A stretch of 64,000 nt of DNA, taken from the NCBI GenBank assembly GCA_037447605.1, contig CM074809.1:796689-860688 (forward strand), read 5' to 3'. The stretch is from Zygnema circumcarinatum SAG 698-1b. Lineage: Eukaryota > Plantae > Zygnematophyceae. Under the pieces are notes generated by a model, which had not been told where the DNA came from, ran no database searches, and worked only from the letters and a program-made list of their open reading frames with translations. Positions within the stretch are counted from its first letter, which is position 1; each line of letters begins with the position of its first letter. Position numbers and translations under genes: made by a program. Shown here in pieces: positions 11,777 through 24,279 of this stretch.

Positions 11777-14700
11777 TCAACTCCTTCCAAGGCGCAGGAT
11801 CCCCCACACGTCTACCGGTCCGGGAGGGACGGCGTTGTCAATTGCTCCTCGAACAGCTGCCTTTGCCACAGTTGCGACACTGACAGGAGGGGCCAAGGCG
11901 GGTCCGACCACTGGCAGCTGAGAGGCCCATTTCGCATTCTTCAAAACCTGGCAGACAAAAAATCAAGCCAATAAGAATGTACGCACAGAAGACTTCTAGT
12001 GCCAAGCAGTTTTCAGGAACATACGGATCCAAGCAGGAGTCCAGCTATAGTACTTAATCTACTTTCCTAAAGAGAATCCAGAAATTCACATGAACGGTCG
12101 GAAGTCAGGAAAACCGCAGCTCAACCATTTGTCAATTGAGGAGCTAGTATAACTACAACAGACCAACCAGCGTTTCAAATGCTGTCATCTGAACTCTTTG
12201 CCCTATAACAGGATGGACCAAGTCTACTCACCATTTCAAGGGGGGCGCCAATAATGCTCAAAGGCAAACTGAAGCTGCCAATATGTCTTGTTCCGTGGAT
12301 CATCGCTGGCCGTAAAATCACCCCTGAACATCATGGTTGCCAACAAAGCCTTAAGTCATCCCTGCCCCTTCAACAAGGATTCAAAGACCTTTCCAGCCAC
12401 CAACCTTCTCTAATTTCATGGAAAAACACAACGAATGACACTAGAAAGTTTTTCCTTTCCCCTAAACACTTCCTCGGAACCTTGCTTTACATTCCCATGA
12501 ATCTGTACATTTAATTTGACAATGCACAGCCAGATGCGTAGCCACTCTGGCAGCTGCCTTGTTGTGTCATGTGGTCATGTGGTCATGTGCCTTTCATATT
12601 TTTGAGAAATAAAATACCAACGTTTGTTTTATAATTTATAGGCCAACATGCTTACGAATCGACACAATTCCGACTCTATTCAGTTAAACCGTCCTTCTCA
12701 CATACCCTGAGATGGTTACAAATGTAGGCAAGATAATTTGACAGAGGCTATATCCTCATTCGACCAACTTTCTGGTTCTGTGGAAACTGACCTCCGTATG
12801 TAAAGTGCTCCTGCACTGCTGCTTCAGCTGCTTTCTGTGCGTCCGCCAAATGCCCCCCAAAAAAACCTTCAGTATTCAGTACCAATCCGTTCACTTTGGG
12901 CCGACATTAGATCCCAGAGATGCATGTGAAGGTGAAGCAGTGTCAGCTGTAGACCCATCTATATATGTCTTGACGATTTGAAAGGAAGCGACTCAGAGGG
13001 GCATGTTTGGACTTCTTTGTGTAAAGCTAGCAAGCGTAACGTGAACATGGCCTGCTTATTGAGCACACATATCAAGTCTGCTAGTTCACTAATTCGACTA
13101 TGAGTTACCTTCCCATCGAAATATCCGCGAAGTACAAAACTGGGAAGGCCTACATCATGGGCTGACACGTACACAAATCGCTTTACACCTGCCACCATCA
13201 GCTCAAAAAACACATATTCAAAACACCATTCGCGAATCGGGTTGCATGCGATAGAACACCGCACGACGATCCACAAAATGGAAAGAGAGATAAGTGTTCT
13301 AGATGCAACGAAACTGGTCTCGTGCTCTTAATAACGACCTAAGCCTGCAGCTACTTGAAGACTTGAGCTAAAAGGGTGAAGCACATCCGTGCGATCCTTG
13401 TTGCATGAATAAGTAAGTTGGGTCTCCATGATCGAGGCTTTGACTGATTTAGAAAACAGCTCCAAGAATAAAAAGCCCTGCGCTCAGGGATAATTTGAAG
13501 AGGAGATTCAGAGCATCTTCAAGAAGCTTAGTACTAGAATGTGGAAAGACCAACAGCTGCCAGGACTCCATCAGGCTAGCTAGAGGAATCACCAATTCAA
13601 ATCACCTGCTTCTGCGGCTGCCTTCACAGCACCAATGTTCGCATCACCATTGATCTTGCGCATGAAGTCATTTGATCCAAAAGCGCCAATGCACGAAATC
13701 TGGAAATAGACACGATTGGGCACTTGCTTGCTAGTTACAACTGCCACAGAGCATGAGGGCAGATGGGCAATATGACAATAACTACGCTTTGTTTGTTATC
13801 AGATGGCTGAGGTACTCGGCATTACGGAACCATAAGAAAGGATTCAACCAAGTAAAAGGTGGCTCACCACAGCAGAAACCTCTGGCAAGACGTGCCGCCA
13901 TTTGTCAGTTTCAAACACATCCCCTGCACATATTCCACCATTCCACCCTTCAACAATTGACGTGAACAATATTCCTCTTAAAAGAAAGTGTGAACCGTCA
14001 AAACAGCGCACCCAAGTTGAGGATGCTTGGCAATAATAGAAGACTGACATAAACTTCAACAAGTAGATTGTGTTGATCACATAGAAAGTTCAAGGTAGAA
14101 ACTGCACACCCAGCTCATCCTCCACCAAGTGCAGAGCATTCCAAGCATTTCCTGACTATTCTTCAAGAAAGCAGCCTCGTCCGTGTTGAACCAGACAAGC
14201 CCACGCAGTGAAGACGGGCACTTTCAGCACAGCATGGCTTAGAGTGAAGTTGGTAGTTCAAGAAATTGTTTACCTCGTATCCAGTCAACATCCTCCACCC
14301 ATGCTTCTTTCACACCTGGTGGCCCTGACCTGCATAGATTGGGATTAAGAGGACGTCATCAGCAAAACTATACGTCTGCAATCCGTGAGGGAATTTACTA
14401 CGACTTCAAGAAGAATAGCTGGAGGTAGAACCTTCTCCCTACATAAACGAAGGCGTTAATAGTCTGTCTTGGTCAAACTCACAAAGTTTACCTGTTGAGA
14501 CTTAGCACAGTGAGACCGCGGGAGAGGGCTTCTTTGCAAATCGCACCTCCGACAAAGCCGTTGCCGCCTAAGACCAGCAACTGCCAGAGTGATCGGGGTC
14601 ATGGCACGTCCATGAGTTACTAAAATATATAACTTGGCATGTTTTACGCTGGTCGTATTTCATACTTCATGACTCTTCCTCTTTGCTATTTCCAAAAAGG

Positions 14701-16152
14701 GTCCGACCACACTAACGCCGCTGCACAAACTTGTAGCTTGTTCAACTGGCATAAGTCAGTAGGTTATGGTAAAGAACGACAGCGTTCAAATTGTACATTT
14801 TTTCTTACTAATCTTGGAAAGTGATAAATAAGGTAGTGGACGGCCGTGCTCACGAGAGCAATACAATACAAAAACCTCTTCGAGCTTGAAACATCTTCGA
14901 GCTTGTTAACCCTCCATTATCAACTGAACCATGTCGGTAGAAGACTGAAGGGATATTGTCTGCCTGCCGAGCTTGAAAATGGGACATTTTACTGGAACTG
15001 ACAGAACTGCATACCTGCTGGCAAGCCTCTGTTTCTGCATTACTTCTCAGAGTATGAAATAATGCGTTCTTGCTTGTCAGCTCTGCCTCCGATTACACTC
15101 TTCCGCACGAAGCCTTAAGTTCTTTACTTGCCATTGACATCCAGCCTCGTTGCCAAAGACATTTGCCGACGAGACAATGCTCATCAATTTTTTTCTGCTA
15201 TAAGACAAAGGAGAGGCTGGGCGGAGGAGAAACAACTGGCTTGCAAACGCACTTTGCTTTTTTCCGGAAATGGCATTTCTACTGTCTCTGCTTCTGGCAC
15301 AGCTCCATCAGACGAGTCCGGATTCTTCTCCTGAGAGCCGCCTCCCTCGGTTGCACTTGTTGACATAAAACGTCTGCCATAGCCGGGACAAATTTGTTAT
15401 TAAAAGGAAAGACTTGTTCTCATACGAAGACAACCTTCTGTGGTATCGGCGCATAGCAAGAACATCCCAACTTAGAATCATGCTTAAAAAAGGAAACTCT
15501 TCCAGCAACACGCCAAATAGCTAGCAGAATATAGGCTACTGATTTATAGGCTAAGGATCAGAAACGTGCAAGGATGTGCCCTCTACAAACTGAACTTCTG
15601 CTAGTTATAAACCACAGAGTTGTAAGGAAATGCATTAAAATGCAATAGAAATAAAATTGCCATCATGATCCCCTCCCTCATTCAGAGAGCCATATCCACT
15701 GAAACTGGCGGCTCAACAACGACTGCCTGCAGAAAAATGGCCGATTGAGGGGCCGTGTGAAGCCTCCAAATGCTCGCAGATATAAATACACAGGAAATTT
15801 TAATTAAATCAATTATCTTGAATATCGCCAAAATCTGCAGCAAGCATGAAAGCGATACAGTTCCCTGCATGTTCTAGCACGCTTACCCGGAACGTGCAAT
15901 CTCCAAGAACCCTCCCCATATAGGCCTCTCCACATAGGTTGCTTTAGCTTCCACTCTCGTCCAAGGGGAGCTACAAGTTCCCATCGTATGCATTTGCGAA
16001 AAAAAACTGACATCCCTCCTCAAGACTTTAGGAAGTACTCCTGAACCTCCAACATCGCAGCAAGAGACGTGCGCCTTCTGCGGATCGAGCTGAACAAGAG
16101 GACGCGCTCCTGTAGGAATCCTAATTCTCTGCAAGACCCGCCTCATCGCCAT
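11777..16152 (-). CDS. NAD(P)-binding Rossmann-fold protein (At5g10730/yeast COQ11-like), probably mitochondrial
   Basis: First exon 16152-15887 (Arg-rich presequence MAMRRVLQRIRIP), then RFMSTSATEGG..EKSK, LLVLGGNGFVGGAICKEALSRG, GVKRFVYVSAHDVGLPSFVLRGYFDGK, and last exon 11947-11777 VLKNAKWASQLPVVGPALAPPVSV. Not every internal exon boundary was verified. Confidence 0.85.
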
Positions 16153-16420
16153 GGCTGCGCCTCCTCCCTCTCCAACTCAAGCAGGAATGAAGCACAGTTG
16201 CTCCTGGTGCTGGAAGCTTGCAGGGCCCGCCGCTGCTTAGAGCCGCGAATTGCGAGTTTCGTCCGGTAACCTCCCCGAAGGACGTATTTGACGTCTTGGA
16301 GACGTGAGTAGCCTCTGTGAGCGGACGACATTAGAAGGGGTACCAGCATGACTCCGTACTGCCAACGACGCCACGCGTCGGCAGTGGAGGCGTCCGCGGG
16401 TGCCCGCCAGCGGCGGGCTA

Positions 16421-16471
16421 CGTGGCAGCATCTGGTTGGCTCTTTTTGTAGACGTGGCAAGTTCCCATTGG
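16421..16471 (-). promoter_or_regulatory. Tandem CCAAT-N9-CCACG (ERSE-type) elements in the COQ11-like promoter
   Basis: 16453-16471 is an exact match on the - strand. 16421-16439 is CCAAC-N9-CCACG. Confidence 0.5.
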
Positions 16472-17266
16472 CTCTCCTTTGAGAGCATGTATACGCTTGT
16501 AGAAAGTTGAGGCTTTGAGGTACGCTATGCGGTGACAGCGAATGGCGTTTAAATTTCGGGCCAACCTTCGGGTTTTTTTTTTTTTTTGGTCAATTTTGCT
16601 AGCTCAAAAATTGGAGGAGAGAATTCAGGGTGCGTTTTTATGGTCCAACTTACATTCAACTTTGCGGACGTGGTTCAACTTCACTGATGTCATTTCGCAT
16701 GTGTAGATTATTTTCATCGAACGGGAATGAAATGTGCCACACATCGGTGACCTTCGCGGCAGTTTCTAGGGAGGGCTGCGATGCTGCTTCTGGTAGTTTT
16801 CCGCTCCTAGCTTTTTTCTTTGGTGCTTAGATCCTTTGCGACCAGTCGCCCGTGGTTCCCCATGCTGCTTTTGTCCATGCACATTTGATTGCCTCGCCAT
16901 CGTGAGTTCAATGCCATTTTCTTTGAATTGTGTTGGATGAAGTTGAACCATGGAAAGGCACGCTGGGGGTCGAACTCCCGGCGGCGACTTTTCCAAGATC
17001 CATTCGCCCGGTCAAAAACTATGCCTTTGGAAATTCCGCACGTCGCGAGTTCGAGCCTCGGTCGCTCCAAGTAGCGAAATGCGTCGAGACGATCTGAGCC
17101 GTCCAATGCGTTCCCAAGGGCCGCCACAACAGACGGTGAGCGTCGATTCCAGCCCTTCGCTTTTGTTAAGGTCGAAAAGTCAAATCTGTACGGACATCCA
17201 AATTTGTCTTTTTGTTTGGGAATTACCTTTTTCACACCTTTTTGGCTAGATACACAGTTTAAAAAA

Positions 17267-18210
17267 GGGTAGTGATATTTCCACCCCTTTTTTGGATCCA
17301 AACACCCCTTCCCGGCCGGGCAGAGTTCAAAAGGGATTAAAAACAGAAAATGCTTTTTTCACACCTTTTTGGAATCGATACCCAGCTTCTTCCGTCGGCT
17401 GATTTTATTTTTGCTAACCAAGGAAAATGATACCCCGTCACCGCATTTTGAATACTGTATCCCGCCTCCCTGTATTTTTTTTTGCGGGAAAGAAATATCT
17501 GCCTGCCCGAATCCGCTCGGAGCGGCAGATCCGTCCGCCACGAGATCGTTCGCGGGTGTCCGTCCTTCACACGTGTGTGTAAATCGCAGCGGTCGATTCC
17601 CTCGCAGATCGCACCACTGCAGATCACCGTTCGATCTGCAGCGGGGCTCGATCTTAGCGAATGGAAAGCGCCCACGAGTCCCGCCAAAGCCGGATCGCAC
17701 GTGCGAGTGCGCGCGTCCCTCGGCCTGAGATCTCGTCATTGTTAGCTCCCAGCCAATCAACATCTGCCACGTGTTAAATTTTTGACGTGGAAAATTTTGA
17801 TTGGTTTAAGATCTCAATGTACGAAATTTTGGGTTCCTCAAGTTCGACCGTACGACATTTGTACGGACAAACTTTTAAGAGGACTTTGGCGGGATACGTG
17901 GGCACGTGCCATGCGCTGTGACCGAGCCCGGCTGCAGATCAAATAGTGATCTGCCGTGTTGCGATCTGCGAGGGAATCGACGGCTGCGATTGACCGCACG
18001 CGTGAAAAAAAAATCAGGTAGGGGGGATATTCAAATGGGGTGACGGGTTATCATTTTCCTTGTTTCGCAGAAATAAAATCTGCCGATGGAGGGTGGTATC
18101 GATTCCAAAAAGGTGTGAAGAAAGCATTTTCCGTTTTTTATCCTTTTTTAAATCTGCCCGGCCGGGAAGGGGTGTTTGGATCCAAAAAAGGGGTGGAAAT
18201 ATCACTACCC
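17267..18210. mobile_element. Non-autonomous foldback/MULE-MITE-like element with long imperfect inverted repeats
   Basis: Termini GGGTAGTGATATTTCCACCCC...GGGGTGGAAATATCACTACCC. Outer arms ~17267-17455 / 18025-18210; inner arms ~17580-17690 / 17884-17995; weaker pairing extends to ~17230/18300. No ORF and no clear 9-bp TSD (only A6 on both sides). Confidence 0.75.
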
Positions 18211-18996
18211 AAAAAAAGTAACAATCACTACCATAAAATCCCTAACATAAAATCTGATCGGCGAAAAAAAAGTGTGTATATAGACAAATAAGGTGTGTAA
18301 ATAGCATTTGTTTTTCGCTTTTACGTTATTTTTGTGATTACAGTTTTTACCAAAGCACACGGCCAACCGGCTGCAGGTTTTTTCATAAAAACCGAAAACC
18401 TGCGTCGGTTTTCCGGACAGCTCAAGCAGATACCGTACCGTTAAAGTGACAGATTTCCGAATCCTGACGGGTGTTTGCAAGTGCCACGTGGAGAAAGGGG
18501 CAAAGCAATCCAAGATCCTTGTCACTCCCATATGGATACGCTAAACGGAACAACGGGCAACTGTAACTAAGACAGGGAACTCCTATCTCTGTCGTTGATC
18601 CAAAGAAATCGGATCTGAAATCGTACGGTCCGGATTGGTCATCTCGTGCCGACTTTTTGGCTTTCAAAGGATCCTAATGTCCGTACACTAATTTGGAATT
18701 TTCTGAGCAACTTCAGATCTAGCTGACGTCACACTAACGACCCCCAATACTTTCCGACAATCTGATTGGGTTTCAAAATCCCATCCCATGTAACGCTCCC
18801 TTGCAGATGACGCAAAAACCTATTAAATGACATCACCAATGTTTCACAAATGGCCATTTGTACAGTACAATTTTGACGGCTTTTCTTTCCCGCGGCAAAA
18901 AATTATAAATATTCGAATCTTCGTGGTTTCGGGGGAGGCATTTTTTTTTTCTTGGAACGCGTCTCCCTGACGGCCTTGCAAGCTTTTCTTGGAGCC

Positions 18997-20751
18997 ATGG
19001 CCATGGCTGCAGAGGTCGAGAACGGGAAGAGCGTGGAGGCAGAGGGCGCGGCTGCAAAGAAGGGAGTGCAGTTTGAGTCTCTGTCACCATATCTTTGCAT
19101 TGAGGCTCCTCGCGCACAAGAAGCGATAGACTGGTACAAGGACGTTTTTGGTTTTGAGCTAGTAGAGAAACATTATTACGAAAAGAGGAAGGCGGATATT
19201 GATCAGCCTCTGCTAATGCACGCTCATTTGAAGGCTGGAAAACTCGAGATTATGCTCGCTGACGCTATTCTTGGAGAAGAATAGTAAGTCTGCTCGGCCT
19301 CAATTCTTCCAAGGATAATAATCTTTTGCCAAGCTTTCCTGATGTTGCCTCCAAAAGGCGATGGCAGTGGATTGCATCTGAAGCGTGTTCTCCAGGTTGT
19401 AGAAACCGGCTGGAATTCCGTGTGCATTAGAGGATGCATCATCGTCTGCTGTGTTTATTTCTGCTGCAATTTTTTTTCGTGAATCCGCCATATTTTTTGT
19501 GAAAATGTGTTGATCGTCTCGGTTTTATTGCACACGTACTTCGCTGTCCCTTGAGTTCCAAGGTACACTTTTTCTTCCCGTTTTTTTTTTTTTTTTTGGC
19601 ATTTCAGTGCTAATTTAAGCCCGAATATAGGCTTGTAGGCTTTTCTATCTCCAACGTGAGCACTGAGACGTTTGCAGTTTTCAAAAAAAAATCTTCAATA
19701 AAATAGTGGCATTCCAGGTGATGATGTGTACTTTTCTTCACCTGTTACTTTGGCTAGAGGCATCAGTCGTGACTTCAGAGTCTATTCTTCTTCGGCAACA
19801 GTTCTTGCAAGGCTTGCTGTTTGCTCGCAAAAAATATTGAGGACCTGATCCATCTACTTGCTTGCATTGTTTGAAAAAATTGTTGTCTCCTATCACGGTA
19901 TCAATTTATTGCATTCACATCAGGCTTATTTTAAATCAGTTGATCTACATGTGTCGATTGTTTCTCTGTCAGTTCCAAGAGTAGTCCAATCAAATTCTGT
20001 CTAATTCAGGATGATGTTTCTGGCGTTTCTCAGAGGAGGAGAGTGGTTTTTCCAGACAAGTAGCTGACAGTGATCTGAACAGTGATGTCGCGCTATGATG
20101 AGCTGCAGAAAGTAATGTATGATCATGATGGATTACTGCACGGGCCGCGTATCCGGTTATGTTGATGAGCGCGTCTCTGCAGCTTTTTTGCGCTTAGACT
20201 AATGCGTGTGATCGCTGTAGCTTTACCTGACTCGATGTGGCGTATGCATGGCCGTCAACATGGTGCAAAGACAGCGAATGTGGTGTCCATTTGAACAAAT
20301 GTTGTGGTTCATGAACTTTTAGCTAATCTGACATGGTCTGTAAGTCAAAGTCGCCATCCCTGTGTTGGCAGTTGGCCGGGGCGCTTTCTGAAGCTGCATT
20401 TACTTTTCAAACAACTTAGTTCATCGTTTACAATCTTGATGGCTCTGTCATAGTATTGACGTCTAAACATAGTTTTGGTTTTTTGCCCATGTCCTTTGCA
20501 GCTTGCGTCCGCCCACTCAGCTGAAGGGGACAACATTCAGCATCGCTGTGTCCTGTAATGATGCCGACACAGTTTTTGAATCTGCCTTGAACAAGGGTGC
20601 CACGGTAACCATGGAGCTGAAAGATCAGTTCTGGAGTTCACGCTATGGGAAGTTCACTGACCCCTTTGGATTCGAGTGGGCCATTTCGGGTCCATTAAAA
20701 GAACCTCCAGAAGAAAAGCCTGAGGTGGAGGATGCAGCTAAAGCGCCATAA
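18997..20751 (+). CDS. VOC/glyoxalase-bleomycin resistance (PhnB-like; At5g48480-like) protein
   Basis: Exons 18997-19283 and 20502-20751 (phase 2 junction gives Tyr). Motifs LSPYLCIEAPRAQEAIDWYKDVFG and GATVTMELKDQFWSSRYGKFTDPFGFEWAIS. Confidence 0.88.
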
Positions 20752-21266
20752 CCGACAGCGGTATAGAACACTTGTTGCTATCTTTAATGAAAGTCAGCTT
20801 AAGTTGTGTACCGTTTTTTTAGAGCTCTTGCTCAACGCGAGTCATATTTCGAACACTGCAGATTTTGTGAGGGAGTTGAGTCGGTTATGTGGGTTTGTAT
20901 ATTTCCTTTTTCTCAAGAACTAATGTGCTTTCACTCTCGAAAACATGATGCCTGATTGCAGTGTAGTGTTCTCTCCCATCACAATGTGAAAGCTGAAGGG
21001 TTTTAGACTTAACGTTGAAGTCCCGGCATGTATTTGAGAAGCAGTTGTATTCCGCTGTGATCGATAGAGCAGTTGATTGCTTGTCGTCGTCACTTGCATG
21101 AAAGTCACACAAATTAACAGGCAACGACAAAATTCATCTTCGCGGTTAACAAAAAGGACCAAAAGAATAATAATCAAACATCAAAATAAAGAATAAAGGA
21201 ATAAGTTACAACCGAGCTCTCATGTGACCTCGCATGCTCTCAACACCACATAATTTTGTTTGAAGT

Positions 21267-22554
21267 TCATTCTTCTTTGGACGCCTTGAGAACCTTGCTC
21301 CACCGCTTCAGCAACTCCACAATATCTGCGTTCATGCGCGTCCCCACGCCTCCCCAAACCAGCATGTGCGCAAGGTCTTCAAGGGACCCTCCCTCCACTT
21401 CATGCACTGCCTTGAACCCCAACCGCCCGTAATATCTCACCAACTGCACATCATGCAAGGAAAGAAGGAAACTATATATCACAGCCGTTTCTGCACAGAT
21501 GTTTGTTAGAAAAATCTAAGGGAAAATTTGTAGTCCAGTTTACTATTTCAGAGATGATACATGATAGATAAGCAGGGAGGTTTTCTAAACAGTTTTAGTG
21601 ACTAGAGTTGAGTATAGATTCTTTTGCCGAGTCCAAAGTTGCCGCTCCCACATGCAAGCAGGAGAGTCTGTTTAGTCTTGGCTTTTCATTAACATAAAGG
21701 ACCAACGACCTTTTGTGTCTTCAAATCGCCTTAACCTACTTTCCAACGACAGAGAAGAAAGGAGTCTATGAGAAAAAAACCAGGAGAAAAAGTTGCATTC
21801 TCACACATCTTTACAGCTATGCGCTATTATACAGATTCTTCTCCAAAGTTACATACCGCCAACAGCGACTAACTCCACGCAGACTGAACTTGAATAACGG
21901 GCTTAGCGGCTATTCTTCACTAGCTTTGCGGTTTTATGATCGACAATACATAGAAGCGTATACAGTATCAAAAGAAGCCTTTCAACAAAGGCGTCTACGG
22001 GTTTTTTTACAAAGAGCCCTCACCTTTTCATGGTATTCATCCGTGTCATTGATAGCAAGAAGCTCAGCACGAGTGCAGTTCTTATCATATCCAAGGCGGA
22101 AAGCTGCGGCACCGATGAATAGCGCCACACCAAACACAGATCGCATTTCTGCTGAATCTATCTTCGCCATTCTTATTGAGTCGAGATGCAAAATTGTCCC
22201 ATCGATCCAGGGCCTTGTAAAGCCCTCCGCCTTTCCTAGCATGCTTTCTTGACCCTCTTCTCCACTTTCCCGAGCAATGATTGTGAACCAAGGGCCAACC
22301 TGCTTGATTTCCAAACTGACCTTCCTTCTCTGCGCTATTGCTGCGATCTCAGACATGGTTGGAATAGCGAAGTCAGACTGCACTTCCCCTCCTTGCAAAC
22401 CTGAAACAACCATGAACTGTTTGCGAGATGGTTTAATGCATGAAGCACTTGGAAATGCTCGTATGGCACTCAAACCTGGAAAGCGTAATGACAGCGGTTG
22501 TTCAAAGGGAGCCCCAGAGGGAGGCTTAGTTACAAATGTTTCTTTCTGCATCAT
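21267..22554 (-). CDS. Conserved uncharacterised plant/algal plastid protein (possibly GNAT-like fold)
   Basis: Exons 22554-22024 and 21443-21267. Motifs LGKAEGFTRPW...ILHLDSIRM, AELLAINDTDEYHEK|LVRYYGRLGF and LAHMLVWGGVGTRMNADI. A further in-frame ATG lies at 22650. Confidence 0.75.
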
Positions 22555-22690
22555 AGAGTTCTTAAATGCATAAAATTTGAATTGTTGCAGGCTGCTCGGA
22601 GCACAATGATTGCAACAAAATGACCACATTGCTGCGCTGTGGCTCTGCATTTTGTTGGCGGAAGAAATCCGTTTTGTGCACAGAAACGTA

Positions 22691-23189
22691 TTACAGAGAA
22701 AGCAGCTTCTTCATCTCTCCTGACTCGACCACTTCATCGAGAATATCCGCTCCACCGATAAATTCGCCGTTCACATATAGCTGTGGAATTGTTGGCCATT
22801 GACTGCGATTCACAAAAAAAGAAAGAAAAGAAGAACATGAGTCCCCGTCCACCCCGTCCTGTCCCTTTGAGCTACGTACAGTTCCGTTGGGTCCAGGAGG
22901 TGCAATTTGGCCGACACATCTCTGATGTGAGACCCTCAAGTTTGAGAAAGAAAATTTCAAAGAAGGAACCCAAAAAATGAACAACGAGCGTTTGCCTGTA
23001 GATAGAACATTTTCAACCCTAATTCGAACTTGAGGGTTTGTGAACATCCTGACCTGTATTGCTTTATGGCCTCCCGCATTCCGGGGGCTGTACTCTTCAA
23101 GCACGTCTAGGGTTTCGTAGCTCTCTTGGTTCTCATTCAGAATGGTCAAAACTCGGTGTGAAAACCTGCACTGAGGAGATGTCCTGCTC
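22691..23189 (-). pseudogene. 5'-truncated, frameshifted monothiol glutaredoxin (GRXS16-like) fragment
   Basis: SRTSPQC(R)[20 protein letters not shown], then a +1 shift in a C5 run restores [11 protein letters not shown]|[21 protein letters not shown]. Intron 23053-22803 is retained. The CGFS active site reads CRFS and no upstream exons were found. Confidence 0.8.
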
Positions 23190-24279
23190 AGATATGTCGC
23201 GGAAGAAAAGGAATCATGTATGGGTGAGAGCATGAGGGGATGGAAAATTGAATGAGGTGGATGGGTGGATGGGATTATGAATGGGGTTGCAAAGTTAGAC
23301 ACAGAGAGAGAGCGAGAGAGAGAGAGAGAGATGATGATGATGATGATGGAGAGATGTGGCTATAGTTCAATGTGTTTGATTTTCGTCTCCATTTTGGGAG
23401 CTTGATGTTCTCATGTTCTCTCTTTACTATCGCCGCTCGAGCACATTAGCAGCATTTAGGGTTAAGCCACTCCAGAAAAAAAAAAAAAAAAAAAAAGTGA
23501 GGGTGTTCTACAGCCTGCACCTGAAATGGTCGACATACCCCGATACGATACATATAGATACTCGTACAATATCTCAATATATTCTTCAGTTTTGCCAATA
23601 CCTTAGCAATTCGCATTTCAAGAACCTAAAAAGCAAACCCAGTTTTCCCCAATAAACCAAAATAGAGGGTACAAATGGGGTATATCTCGTTGAAAAATAA
23701 TATGGGTTTCCACGGTACCCAATTGTCTGAAATGGGGTATAAAGCGGCCCTGGCCTGCCTCCAGGAGTCGCAAATTAGGGTTTCGTCGCAGCCCTCTGCC
23801 CACTCTCTGCGACGGCTCTGCGACAGGAGGCCTCCGCGCTCTCCCACGGCTTGTGGTTAAGCTTTTAAAAGCTTTAAAAGCTTAGAATAAAGCTTTAATT
23901 AAAGGATAGATTGAGGCATTAGACTAAGGATTTGAAGGGAATTGAGAAGGAGATTAAAGGAGGGGTTGATGGTGCGATTAACAAATGTTTGCAGGGAAGA
24001 ATTGAGATTAAAGGAGGGAGGAGTAGGCAGGAGGAGAGGTCCTGGTTTGAATTTGAACGCTCCGTTTCCTTCTGGGTCTAGGCACTGAGTGTTCAGGATC
24101 GTCTGCTGCCTCTGCCACAGTTTTCAACCGACCAAAAAGCAGAGAGATATTCAGGGAATTTCTGCAGAATTTTTTAGTTTTTTGCCAGGGAAACGAGCAG
24201 GATTGAGCCACTAGGGAAGGGCAGTTTCGTAGGTCTCCTGGAACAAGCTTATGAGACAACAGTGCTTCAATCTGCATCC

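Noticed and set aside
11430-11807. 125-aa - strand ORF
   Set aside because: Overlaps the stop codon and 3'UTR of the COQ11-like gene in another frame and runs into a GA microsatellite.
16807-17301. 164-aa ORF next to the foldback element as a possible transposase remnant
   Set aside because: No DDE, zinc-finger or other recognisable motif, and it starts inside the repeat arm.
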